Origin: an uncultured delta proteobacterium
Lineage (GTDB): Bacteria; Desulfobacterota; Binatia; Binatales; Binataceae
Direction of reading: 5' to 3'
Length of the DNA stretch: 64,000 nt
Assembly: GCA_963765675.1 (NCBI GenBank)
Contig: CAVXXK010000001.1
Location: 1,184,001 to 1,248,000 of the forward strand
Under the pieces are notes generated by a model. The model was not told the origin of the DNA. It searched no databases and worked only from the letters and a program-made list of their open reading frames with translations. Shown here in pieces: positions 52,349 to 62,235 of the stretch. Made by a program: the position numbers and the translations under genes. The first letter of the stretch is position 1. Each line of letters begins with the position of its first letter.

Positions 52349-53506
52349 ATGCGAAGGGAAATTTTCACCGAAGAGCACGAGCTATTCCGCGCCCAGGTGC
52401 GCAGATTTGTCGAAAAGGAAATCGAACCCAAAGTTGCCGAATGGAATCGTGCCGGAATAAGCGACCGCGACTCCTGGCGCAAGCTTGGCGCGGCCGGCTA
52501 CCTGGGCGCGAACGCGCCGGCCGAGTTCGGCGGCTCGGGCGCCGATTTCCTCTACGACGCGATCGTGATCGAGGAGCTCGCGCGGGTGCGCGCGCACGGC
52601 CTCATGATGGGCCTGCATTCGGACATCTGCATGCCCTACATCAACACCTACGGCAGCGCCGAGCAGAAGCATCGCTACCTGACCGGCGCGATCAGCGGCG
52701 AGCTGATCCTCGCGATCGCGATGACCGAGCCGGGCACCGGCTCCGATCTGGCCGCGGTCCGCACCACGGCGCGCCGCGACGGCGACAGCTACGTCATCAA
52801 CGGCTCGAAGATTTTCATCTCGAACGGCCAGCTCGCCGATTTGGTGATCGTCGTGGCGAAGACCGATCCGAACGCGAACCCTCCCCATCGCGGAATCAGC
52901 CTGCTCCTGGTCGAGGGCAATGCTCCCGGCTTCGTGCGCGGGCGCAAGCTCGACAAGCTCGGCCTGCGGGGTCAGGACACCAGCGAGCTGTTCTTCGAGG
53001 ATTGCCGCGTGCCGGCGCAGAACCTGCTCGGAAAAGAGGGGCAGGGGTTCAAGATGCTGATGGAGAAGCTGCAGCAAGAGCGGCTGGTTGCCGCGATCGG
53101 CGCGGTCGAGAGCTCGCGGCGATGCCTCGACGACACGATCGCCTATACGAAAGAGCGCCGCGCCTTCGGCCAGCCGATCGCGTCGTTCCAGAACACGCAG
53201 TTTCGCCTCGCCGAGATGGCGACCGAGGTCGAGATCGGCCGCGTATTCGTCGACCGCCTGATGGCGGCGCACGTGCGCGGCGAAGAATTGGTGACCGAGG
53301 TCAGCATGGCGAAGTGGTGGACGACCGACCTGCTCAAGCGCGTCTCGAGCAATTGCCTGCAACTCTTCGGCGGCTACGGCTTCATGATGGAGTACCCGGT
53401 ATCAACCGACTACGCCGACGCCGCCGTGCAATCGATCTATGCAGGCACCAACGAAATAATGAAGGTAATAATCGCCCGCCGCATGGGCCTGGATAATCGC
53501 GGATGA
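52349..53506 (+). CDS. Acyl-CoA dehydrogenase (LCAD-like)
   Basis: IAMTEPGTGSD, NGSKIFISNG, QERL, AFGQPIASFQ, QLFGGYG, IYAGTNEI. Confidence 0.95.
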   Translation: MRREIFTEEHELFRAQVRRFVEKEIEPKVAEWNRAGISDRDSWRKLGAAGYLGANAPAEFGGSGADFLYDAIVIEELARVRAHGLMMGLHSDICMPYINTYGSAEQKHRYLTGAISGELILAIAMTEPGTGSDLAAVRTTARRDGDSYVINGSKIFISNGQLADLVIVVAKTDPNANPPHRGISLLLVEGNAPGFVRGRKLDKLGLRGQDTSELFFEDCRVPAQNLLGKEGQGFKMLMEKLQQERLVAAIGAVESSRRCLDDTIAYTKERRAFGQPIASFQNTQFRLAEMATEVEIGRVFVDRLMAAHVRGEELVTEVSMAKWWTTDLLKRVSSNCLQLFGGYGFMMEYPVSTDYADAAVQSIYAGTNEIMKVIIARRMGLDNRG

Positions 53507-53569
53507 AGCGACGCGGGTCTCGACCATGACGCCTCGTCACCGTCAATTTTCATCAGGGAGAATACAGCG

Positions 53570-54794
53570 GTGAACACGAACACTTCGCGCAACGAAAGCG
53601 GGTCAGCGTACTACCTCTCCCAACCCGAGGCCGATCTCGACCTGGTATCGGTCGTCAGGGGCACGCCAAGCGGAGAATTACTGCGTCGCTATTGGCATCC
53701 GATCGCGGTCGCATCAGAGGTCGGCGAGCTTCCGGTCGCGGTGCGCGCGCTCGGCGAGGATCTGATTCTGTTCAAGACGCCAAAGGGCGAATTCGGGCTA
53801 GTGTATCCGCGATGCTGTCATCGGGGCACCACTTTGTACTACGGCAAAGTTGAAGAACGCGGCATTCGATGTTGCTATCACGGATGGCTATTCAGCCCGG
53901 ACGGCCGATGCCTCGATCAGCCGTGCGAACCCAATGGCGGCGACAAGCGCGACAACTATCGGCAGCCATGGTATCCGGTGCAGGAACGCTACGGTCTCGT
54001 CTTCGCCTATCTCGGGCCATCGGATCGCATACCCATACTTCCCCGATATGAGGCGCTGGAGGTCTTACAACCCGGTGAATGGATCGAACCGGACGGCCGG
54101 AGTCTCGGATCGGGCGGCGATGTGATCGCGCCTTGCAACTGGTTTCAGCATTGGGAAAACGTGATGGACCCATATCACGTCGCGATCCTTCACTCGGCAT
54201 TCAGCGGAATCCAGTTCATTCCCGAGATGGCTCAGATGCCCAACGTTTCCTTCGAGCCTTCGTCAATTGGCATTACCAGCACGCAGATCAGAAACCTCGA
54301 GGGCAAAGTTTTCCGCCGCGTCACCGAAGTGGCGATGCCGACGCTGCGCGTGGTTCCGAATCCGTGGGCGACCGGCTTCAATCGCCCGGTTGAATCGATT
54401 GGTTGGACGCTTCCGATCGACGACACGCACTACCGAATTTTCACTGCCGGCCGTGCCACGAAATCCGGACCTCTCTACTACCCTCCGAAAGGCCTCATGA
54501 GTGGGAATCGGCGCTGGCAGGACATGTCCGAAGAGGAGCGGCAGCGCAAGCCAGGCGATTGGGAAGCGCAAACCGGACAGGGAGCAATCACGTTCCACTC
54601 CGAAGAGCATCTAGCGTCTTCAGATCGCGGAATCGCGATGCTGCGGCGGTTTTTCCGCAAACAGATCGAGACCGTGGCCGCCGGCGGCAATCCCGGCCGG
54701 GACAATTTTCGAGGAAGGCGATGGAACAGTGAAATTCGCCGCCGGTAACTACCTGGAAGAACCCGCCAACACGGCATCGCCAACGATCCGATAG
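53570..54794 (+). CDS. Rieske non-heme iron oxygenase alpha subunit (phthalate-dioxygenase-like), +1 frameshift at ~54695
   Basis: CCHRG..CCYHGW Rieske motif, ENVMDPYHVAILH iron site. The family-like tail AGTIFEEGDGTVKFAAGNY is in the +1 frame. Confidence 0.88.
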
Positions 54795-54846
54795 AAGAAA
54801 AGCCGGTCCGGATGGACCGCCCCTTTGAGTCGGAGAGCTATATCGA

Positions 54847-56031
54847 TCAGCCGATTTCGCGGCCTACTACTGATACGAAGCTGACGCAGCGGCCTGGGGC
54901 TCCGCCTAGGTTGTGGGTCAGGCCGAGCTTGGGGTCGTTGATTTGACGCTTGCCCGCTTCGCCGCGGAATTGTAGCCACATCTCGTACATCATACGGAGG
55001 CCCGAGGCGCCGATCGGATGGCCGAATGACTTAAGCCCGCCGTCCGGATTAACCGGCAGCTTGCCGTCGAGGTCGAAATAGCCGTCCATCACGTCCTGCC
55101 ATGCTGTCCCGCGCTTGCTGAAGCCGAGATCCTCGTACAACACGAGCTCGGTCGGCGTGAAGCAATCGTGGACTTCCGCCATGCTGATCTGCGCGCGAGC
55201 GTCGGTGATTCCCGCCTGCGAGTAAGCGTCTTTCGCCGAGGCGACGACTTCGCGGAAGGTCGTGAAGTCATAGTCCTGAGACAGCGGCCCCTCGGCCGGT
55301 CCCGCGACGAACGACAGCGCCTTGATATAGATCGGATTCTTGCAGTACTTGTGCGCGTCTTCGGCGCGAACGATTATCGCCGCCGCCGAGCCGTCGGACA
55401 CGCCGGAGCAATCCATGATTCCGAGCGGGTCGGCGATTTTGGGCGAGTTCTTGATCGTCTCGATCGGCACTTCTTTCTGGAACTGCGCCTTCGGATTTTT
55501 TGCGCCGTTCTTGTGATTCTTCCACGCGATACGCGAAAGGACGTCCTTGCCCTTGTCGGGATCTAGTCCGTACTTCTTGAAGTACGCAGGCGCGAGCAGC
55601 GAGAACGACGCCGGAGCGGTCATGTTGCCGTCGGTGCCGTCGTTGGGAGGAGCGGACATCACCAGGCCCGAGTAGCCCGAGTCCTTGAGCTTCTCGACGC
55701 CTATCGCCATCACGATATCGAACGCACCCGACGCGACCGCGTAGCACGCCTGGCGCATCGCTTCGGACCCGGTCGCGCACATGTTCTCGACGCGGGTGAC
55801 GGGCTTGTACTGAATCTTGAGCGGCTCAGACAGCGTCAGGCCTGAGATTCCCGAGCCCATCGTGCCGAGCCAGTAGGCGTCGATATCGTCCGGGTTCACT
55901 CCCGCCGAGGCGTAGGCCTCGTAGGCGGCTTCGCACAGCAAATCTTCGGGACCTTTGTCCCAATGCTCGCCGAACTTGGTGCATCCCATTCCGATGATCG
56001 CGACGCGATCCTTGATTCCTCTGCTTGCCAT
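54847..56031 (-). CDS. SCP2-type thiolase / acetyl-CoA acetyltransferase
   Basis: ENMCATG, SDGSAA, EVHDCFT, GHPIGASG, HNLGG. Confidence 0.92.
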   Translation of the reverse strand: MASRGIKDRVAIIGMGCTKFGEHWDKGPEDLLCEAAYEAYASAGVNPDDIDAYWLGTMGSGISGLTLSEPLKIQYKPVTRVENMCATGSEAMRQACYAVASGAFDIVMAIGVEKLKDSGYSGLVMSAPPNDGTDGNMTAPASFSLLAPAYFKKYGLDPDKGKDVLSRIAWKNHKNGAKNPKAQFQKEVPIETIKNSPKIADPLGIMDCSGVSDGSAAAIIVRAEDAHKYCKNPIYIKALSFVAGPAEGPLSQDYDFTTFREVVASAKDAYSQAGITDARAQISMAEVHDCFTPTELVLYEDLGFSKRGTAWQDVMDGYFDLDGKLPVNPDGGLKSFGHPIGASGLRMMYEMWLQFRGEAGKRQINDPKLGLTHNLGGAPGRCVSFVSVVGREIG

Positions 56032-56049
56032 GAACCGTTCTCCTCGCGC

Positions 56050-57465
56050 CTAGCGCTTGGGCCGTGCCTTCCAAAAATAGTTATGGACGCCGTCGGCAGT
56101 AAACAGGCGGCGGAATGTCATTTCCACTTCGTCACCGATCGCGACTTTCTCGGGCTCACAATCCGTCATCTCGCACAGAAAGCGCCCGCCACCTTCAAAG
56201 TCTATCACAACATTGACCGTGGGGGGATTGAGCGAGAATGCCAGCCGGTCGATTGCGTAGGTCGCGATCCGCGCGGTGCGGTCCGCGAACGCATACGGCT
56301 CCATCTTGTCGAACGCGCGGCACTTGACGCATACCCGCTGCGGCGGAAGCTGCGGAGTTCCGCACGCGGTGCATTTCGAGCCAACGAAGCCAAACTTCCA
56401 CTGCTGCGACCGCAGCATCGGGGGACCTGCCGGACGATCCGGATCGGGACGACGAGGGGGCTCAGTCGGCAGGATCTCGCGCCACTTGAGGTAGCTGCCG
56501 TAGGTCACGTCGCCCTTGGATTCGATCTGCATCCCGACCGAACGGACCGGCTTGAAGCTCGCGATCGCCGGTGTCGCGCGCAGCAGGATTGCGTCCGCGC
56601 CGTCGGCGACAGAGGCGACCAGCACCCGCTCTCCCGGCTTGAGCGAAGGCAGCGCGCCCGCGAGCATCAGGCCAGGATGCGCCGCGCCGGTCTGGCCGAC
56701 GGTGAGCGCGAAGTTGTCGCCGAGCTTCGCGGCGTCCAGTTTCATGCCGCGGATAATCTCGTCAGCGGCGCGCGGGTTGGGCGCGTCGAGAATAACCTTA
56801 GTCAGGTCGCCGGGTGCGACTTTCGCCTTCGCCAGAACGTCCGCAATCGCCTTGCCCAACAGCGGCGAGTACGCCTGCGTCAGTGTGAAGCGCTCTTCCC
56901 ACGAATGCCCGAAGCGCTCGCCAGGAGCGCGCCAGGTGTCCATGAACTCGCGGGTGAGTGACGCGGTGGCTTCGATTTCCGCTATGACGTGCTCGGTCCC
57001 GAGCACGAAGGCGACCGCGCCGTCACCGTTTTGCTGCTCGGCTTTGCCTTCGGGTGCGCCCAGCCGCGCGTCGCCGATCGCAACGATTGCGTTGGTTTTC
57101 GAGCCGGACGCGGCGTCGGCGCCCTGCAGAATCGCGGAGATTCCCGCGCGCACCGAGCCGGTCAGGTCGACCGCGCGAATATTGGGTGGCATCCGGGTGG
57201 CGGCGGCGACGATCGCGGCGTTGAGCTTTTCACCATAGGGCGGAGTCGTAGTCGCGAATATCAGCGCTCCGATCGGTGCCGATGCGGAGGGCGCTGCCTT
57301 CAGCGCGTCGCGCACCGCTTCGACCGCCATCGAGACCGAGTCCTCATCGAAGCTCGCGACGGAGCGTTCGCCCTTCGAGGCGGCAACTCCCAGCATCTGC
57401 GCGATCGCGGCGCGTTTGAGCCGCCGGTAAGGGATATAAGAGCCGTATGAAACAATTCCAGCCAT
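56050..57465 (-). CDS. HMG-CoA-synthase-like domain fused to DUF35 (zinc ribbon + OB fold)
   Basis: GIVSYGSYIPYRRL, DEDSVSMAVEA, GDGAVA, C-terminal CTACG..CVKC and IGDEVEMTFRRL..YFWKARP. Confidence 0.88.
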   Translation of the reverse strand: MAGIVSYGSYIPYRRLKRAAIAQMLGVAASKGERSVASFDEDSVSMAVEAVRDALKAAPSASAPIGALIFATTTPPYGEKLNAAIVAAATRMPPNIRAVDLTGSVRAGISAILQGADAASGSKTNAIVAIGDARLGAPEGKAEQQNGDGAVAFVLGTEHVIAEIEATASLTREFMDTWRAPGERFGHSWEERFTLTQAYSPLLGKAIADVLAKAKVAPGDLTKVILDAPNPRAADEIIRGMKLDAAKLGDNFALTVGQTGAAHPGLMLAGALPSLKPGERVLVASVADGADAILLRATPAIASFKPVRSVGMQIESKGDVTYGSYLKWREILPTEPPRRPDPDRPAGPPMLRSQQWKFGFVGSKCTACGTPQLPPQRVCVKCRAFDKMEPYAFADRTARIATYAIDRLAFSLNPPTVNVVIDFEGGGRFLCEMTDCEPEKVAIGDEVEMTFRRLFTADGVHNYFWKARPKR

Positions 57466-57472
57466 GTTGCGC

Positions 57473-57501
57473 ATTAAAGGCTGTGCCGATTCATCCGTCA
57501 A
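57473..57501 (-). promoter_or_regulatory. Sigma70-like promoter TTGACG-N17-TTTAAT, 7 nt before the ATG (probable leaderless mRNA)
   Basis: Canonical spacing, no SD. Confidence 0.55.
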
Positions 57502-57736
57502 CCCGAGCGGCAGGAGCATCGCGCGTGGTGGCGCGCGCCGTAGTTTGGAGGATGCAAGAAAATCCGCTCAGATATTGAGGATCCGGGTGTTTCGGGGATT
57601 CGCCTCTATCCTCACGAAGGGAAAAAAACTATTATTATTTCCATAACGCTCGGATGCCTTCCTGTACTCAGACCCGGGATGGTCCCGGGGTCTCTGTTCG
57701 ATTGCTTCCCGGCATTTACTGATGGAGGGGCACTTA

Positions 57737-58093
57737 ATGCCCAGCAAATTGTACGTAGGCAACCTTGCCTACTCGGTTACTAGCCACGACTTGGAAGATC
57801 TGTTCGCGCAGGCCGGCGCCGTGCAGAGCGCTGCGGTCATCACGGACAAGTTCTCGGGTCAGTCGAAGGGATTCGGATTCGTCGAGATGTCGACGCCGGA
57901 GGAAGCTGCAAAGGCAATCCAGCTCCTGAACGAGACCGAGCTCAAGGGACGCAACATCCGCGTCAACGAAGCCAAGCCGCGTGAATCCGGCTTTGGTGGC
58001 GGAGGCGGTGGCGGCGGACAGCGTCGCGGCGGAGGCGGCGGTGGTGGCGGCGGTGGAGAGCGCCGAGGCGGTGGCGGCGGAAACCGCTGGTAA
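57737..58093 (+). CDS. RRM RNA-binding protein with Gly-rich tail
   Basis: RNP2 LYVGNL, RNP1 KGFGFVEM, VNEAKPRE, GGC/GGT low-complexity tail. SD GGAGGGG. Confidence 0.95.
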   Translation: MPSKLYVGNLAYSVTSHDLEDLFAQAGAVQSAAVITDKFSGQSKGFGFVEMSTPEEAAKAIQLLNETELKGRNIRVNEAKPRESGFGGGGGGGGQRRGGGGGGGGGGERRGGGGGNRW

Positions 58094-58104
58094 TATCATA
58101 ACAA

Positions 58105-58133
58105 ACTGGGCGGGCAGGCGATGCCCGCCCAGT
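58105..58133 (+). terminator. Terminator-like hairpin after the first RRM gene
   Basis: ACTGGGCGGGCA-GGCGA-TGCCCGCCCAGT, perfect 12-bp stem with a weak U-tract. Confidence 0.6.
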
Positions 58134-58246
58134 CATTTCCGAGAAAGGGGGACGCGGAGCGCGGCGTCGCTTGAGCCGCAATCGATACTTCCGCGTTTTC
58201 CCGGTCCGGCTCATCAATAGCCGGCAAACCAATAGGAGGTTACGAC

Positions 58247-58528
58247 GTGCCCAGAGTTTATGTTGGAAATCTGGCGGAATCGGTTACGCGCGATGATTTG
58301 ACTACGCTGTTCTCACGGGTCGGAAAAGTCGGCGGAGCGCTCGTGATCACGGACAAGCTTTCGGGCGTGTCGCGCGGGTTTGGCTTCGTTGAGATGATCG
58401 AAGTCGACGACGCGATCAACGCCGCGCATTTCTTCCATGACACCGAACTCTCCGGGCGCAAGCTGCAAGTCGATCAATACCGTCCCAAGGACGAACCTGC
58501 CGCCAAAGGCTCTCGCAAGCGCCGCTGA
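58247..58528 (+). CDS. RRM RNA-binding protein with short basic tail
   Basis: VYVGNL, RGFGFVEM. SD AGGAGG before the GTG. Confidence 0.9.
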   Translation: MPRVYVGNLAESVTRDDLTTLFSRVGKVGGALVITDKLSGVSRGFGFVEMIEVDDAINAAHFFHDTELSGRKLQVDQYRPKDEPAAKGSRKRR

Positions 58529-58645
58529 TCTCCTAAACGCCGCACCGGCGGCTCACAGCCCAAGCGAACCTGAGACCGGGCTATCACATAGAGCGCGCGA
58601 AATTGCGCGTTCGAGAAACTTCGCAACCTTTGCCATGGAGGCACT

Positions 58646-58942
58646 ATGCAGTCGGAACCGGTCTCAGCCTGGCGAACTCACGAATGGAGAGTCAGAACGC
58701 TTGAATCGATCGTTGCCGGTGGCGGCTCGCGGCTCGGCTTTACTTGCCGCGGATGCGGCAAGACTTTCAATCACAACACGATCAATCGCCGCACCTGGGC
58801 GGTGGACGCGCAGGGCGTCGCGCTCAGCGACGACGTGACGAATCGCTGGCTCAAGGGCGAATGCCTGCGCCATCCGATCCTCGCCGATGACGACGATCGC
58901 AAGCTGATAAAATATCCCGCCGGCACCACGCCGCACGCGTAG
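58646..58942 (+). CDS. Small hypothetical protein with a possible His/Cys metal site
   Basis: SD GGAGG, THEW..FTCRGCGKTF..ECL. Confidence 0.55.
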   Translation: MQSEPVSAWRTHEWRVRTLESIVAGGGSRLGFTCRGCGKTFNHNTINRRTWAVDAQGVALSDDVTNRWLKGECLRHPILADDDDRKLIKYPAGTTPHA

Positions 58943-59008
58943 ACTTAAGGCGCGAAGAGGGCTTCGCTTCCAGCGAGCAGAATCGATGGCTTTGATCGCT
59001 CCGCACGG

Positions 59009-62000
59009 CTACGCGGTCAGCTCGTCAAGCAGATTCTTCGCAGCCTTCAGGTCGGCGGTGTCGAGGCCCTCGGTGAACCAGTTGTAGATCTCCGCGAGCA
59101 TCGAGCGCGCCTCGTCGCGGCGGTCGGTACTCATCAGCATCCGCGCGAGCGAGGTCGTCGCGCGCAGTTCGAGCGATTTCGCCCCCTGCTGTCGGGCCTT
59201 CTTGATCGCGTGCTCGACCGACGCTCTCGCCAGAGCCGGATCGGAAGGACTCTGACCCAGGAGCAACTCGCCGCGAAGACGATTAATTTCCGCTTCCCAG
59301 AAACATTCGCCGCTGCGACGGACCAGGTCCAGGGCGTCGCCGATTGCCTTCAAACCATGCTCGATGCGTCCGGCTCTCAGGCACGCATCGGCGAGAGTCG
59401 CGAGACTGAGCGTGAGCCACAACTCCTCTCGGTTGGCCGAAAGTGCATCGGTTTCTTCGCGTATCTGCCCTATTCCCTCCTCCGCTCTTCCAAGCTCGGT
59501 TAAGGCCCAACCTTTAACAACTCGCGCATGGCGCAGAACGTAGAGGAACCCCACGTCCTCCGCTGTGTTTATCGCGGCCCCGGCGATTTCCAGCGCAAGC
59601 TTCGGTTCCAGCATCATGCGATGAACCAGTGCCTTCTCGTACAAGGCGAAAGCTGCCGACATGGCGTCTCCAAGTTCATTCGCAAGCGAAACGGCCCGCT
59701 CCGCGCATCGCCGCGCCGCATCGGGACGACCGCGCAGCCATGATAGCTGCGCTTGCCATGCATAACCGCACACGGCCGGATGATGAGCGGTGTAGAGCGG
59801 GACGGCAACCGAACGAAGCTTCGACTCGAACAGCTCGAGCCCCCGCTCGACATGGCGTTGTGAGGTCTCCAGCTCACCTGCGGAAAGCGCCACCGACCAG
59901 TCATGATGGATCGCCTCGAGAAGGAAAACCGGATCGGGGTGGCGATCGACGAAATCCCAGATCGGCTTCTGCCGTTCGCGGGCGCCGCTCAAGTTGCCGC
60001 CAACGTAGAGCAGTCCAAACAATCCAACCAGTAGCGCGAACTGCTGCTCGGGTGTGGCTCCTGTCTCAGCAAGCCGCTCGGCGCGAAGATAGGCCCTCTC
60101 GGTTTCCGGCGCCGCCCACCCTTTGGTGGCCATCAGCGCGGGACCAAGGCTGGTTTGGAGCGCGAATTCGCGCCGGTCCCGCTCGGGGCTGGATGGCGTC
60201 CGTTCAAGTAATTCCAAGGCGGCGGTTAGGTTCCGCATCGCCTCGCCGTACGCCAGTCGCCGAACGGCCCGGAGACCTGCGCTTTCGAGATAGCTCGAGT
60301 GCCTTCGCGGAATTTCCGCTGCGGCTGTAATGATGGGCCAGTTCGTCGAGGTGGTCGTCGATTGAATTTGTGTAGAGACTCTCGAGAGCCGCGCCGATTC
60401 GTCCATGAAGTTGTCTGCGCCGTTCCATCAGTACCGAGTTGTACGAGACCTCCTGAGTCAGCGCGTGCTTGAAGGTGTATTCAGAATCACCGATGGCCGG
60501 CTGCTCGTAGATGAACTCGCCGAGCTGGAGGTCATCGAGCAGCCGCATGGTCTCGTCATCCGGGATCGAGACCACCGCGCGAATCAGCGACAGCGGAAAT
60601 TCGCGGCCAATTACCGCCAGCGTCTGTAACAGGTCTTTGGCATCCTGCGGCAGGCGGTCGATGCGCGCGGCGAGAATCGCCTGAACGGTCGGCGGAATCT
60701 TCAACTCCGCCAACGACCGGATGAGCTTCACCGCCCCGCCGTCACGCACCAGCGCGTTCTCGTCGAACAGGACCTGCACCGTCTCTTCCATGAAGAACGG
60801 ATTGCCCTCGGTCTTCTCGATAATCAGCCGCTTGAGCGGCGCGAGTTCGGTACCGTCGCCGAGCAGCGCGGACAACATCTCCTCGGCGGATTCTTTGCCC
60901 AGCGGGTCCAGGCGTAATTGAATGTAGTAGGTCTTGCTGTTCCACTGATGCGAGTACTCGGGGCGATAATTGACCAGCAGCAGGATCTTCGCCGTGCCGA
61001 TCGAGTCGGCGAGGAGATTCAAGAATGCCTGCGTCTCCTCGTCGATCCAGTGCAGGTCCTCGAAAATCACCATCAGCGGCTTATTCATCGACTCTCGCAG
61101 TAGGATGCGCTTGATCGCGTCGAGCGTGCGGCGCCTCTTCACCTGCCCGTCCATTTGCGCCAGCGGATCGTCGCCCTCGACAATGCCGAGCAGTACGAAA
61201 AGGTACGGCAGCGTATCTTCAAGGGAACGATCGAGCGTCAAGACCTTTCCGTTGACCTTCTCGCGCCGCGTGCGCGCGTCATCTTCCGAGGTGATGCGGA
61301 AGTAACCGTGGAGCAACTCAATTATGGGCAGATACGCTGAAGCCTTGCCGTGCGAGACCGAGAACGTTTCCAACACCGTCCAGCCCGACTGGTTCTTGGC
61401 CTTGAACTCGAAGAACAGGCGTGACTTGCCGGTGCCCGCTTCCGCGATCGCGGCGACGATCTGCCCGTGGCCGTCGCGCGCCTGCTCGGCGGCGTTGCGC
61501 ATCGCATCCATTTCGCGCTCGCGGCCAACGAACTTGGTAAGTCCGCGTCCCGCCGAGCGTTGCAGGCGCGTGCGCAACGGACCCAGTCCGGTCACCTCGT
61601 AAACGTTGACCGGATCAGTTGACGCCTTTGACCTTGGTCGGCCCGAGCGGCTTGAGCGCGAAATAGCCCTCGGCCAGCTTGCGCGTCTGCTCGCTGATCG
61701 CGATCGAGCCCGTGGGCGCGAGCGCCTGCATCCGCGAGGCGAGATTGGTCGTATGCCCGATCGGCGTGTACTCGGTGTGACCGCCGCCGGTAGCGATCGA
61801 GCGCACCACGACCTCGCCGGTGTTCACGCCGACGCGCGCTTCGATCGGCAGATTGCCAGCCTCGCGCAATCTCGCCGAGTAGCGGGTCAGCTGTTCCTGC
61901 ATTCGGAGCGCGGGATACAAGGCTCGCTGCGGATGATCCTCGTGTGCGACCGGAGCGCCGAACAGCGCGAAGATGCAGGTGAAAGCTTTCGATGATGGAC

Positions 62001-62166
62001 CCGCAGACGCGTGCGCTCCGAGCGCGGCCCCGCACTCTCCACAAAAGCGTTTGTCCGCTGGATTATCGGCCCCGCATTTCTGACAAAGATTTGCGAGTGC
62101 CGCGCCGCAATCACCGCAGAACTTCTTGCCGGGTGGGTTTTCAGTTTTGCAATTCAAGCAACGCAT
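59009..62166 (-). pseudogene. Double zinc ribbon - class III cyclase (internally deleted) - STAND AAA ATPase - TPR protein, split by two +1 frameshifts
   Basis: Four CxxC motifs, RVGVNTGEVVV, Walker A AEAGTGKS, Walker B VIFEDLHW, YTFKHALTQ, ELRATTSLAR..WFTEG.DTADL. Extra bases at ~61620 and ~60293. Confidence 0.8.
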
Positions 62167-62235
62167 CGGCTTTACCGGGAAGGACAGGCGGACCGCCCCT
62201 CGTATATCACCCAGCCCCTTGGAGCGGCCAGCAGG

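Noticed and set aside
57991-58081. GGC/GGT trinucleotide-rich repeat
   Set aside because: It encodes the Gly-rich RRM tail and is not an independent repeat or CRISPR array.
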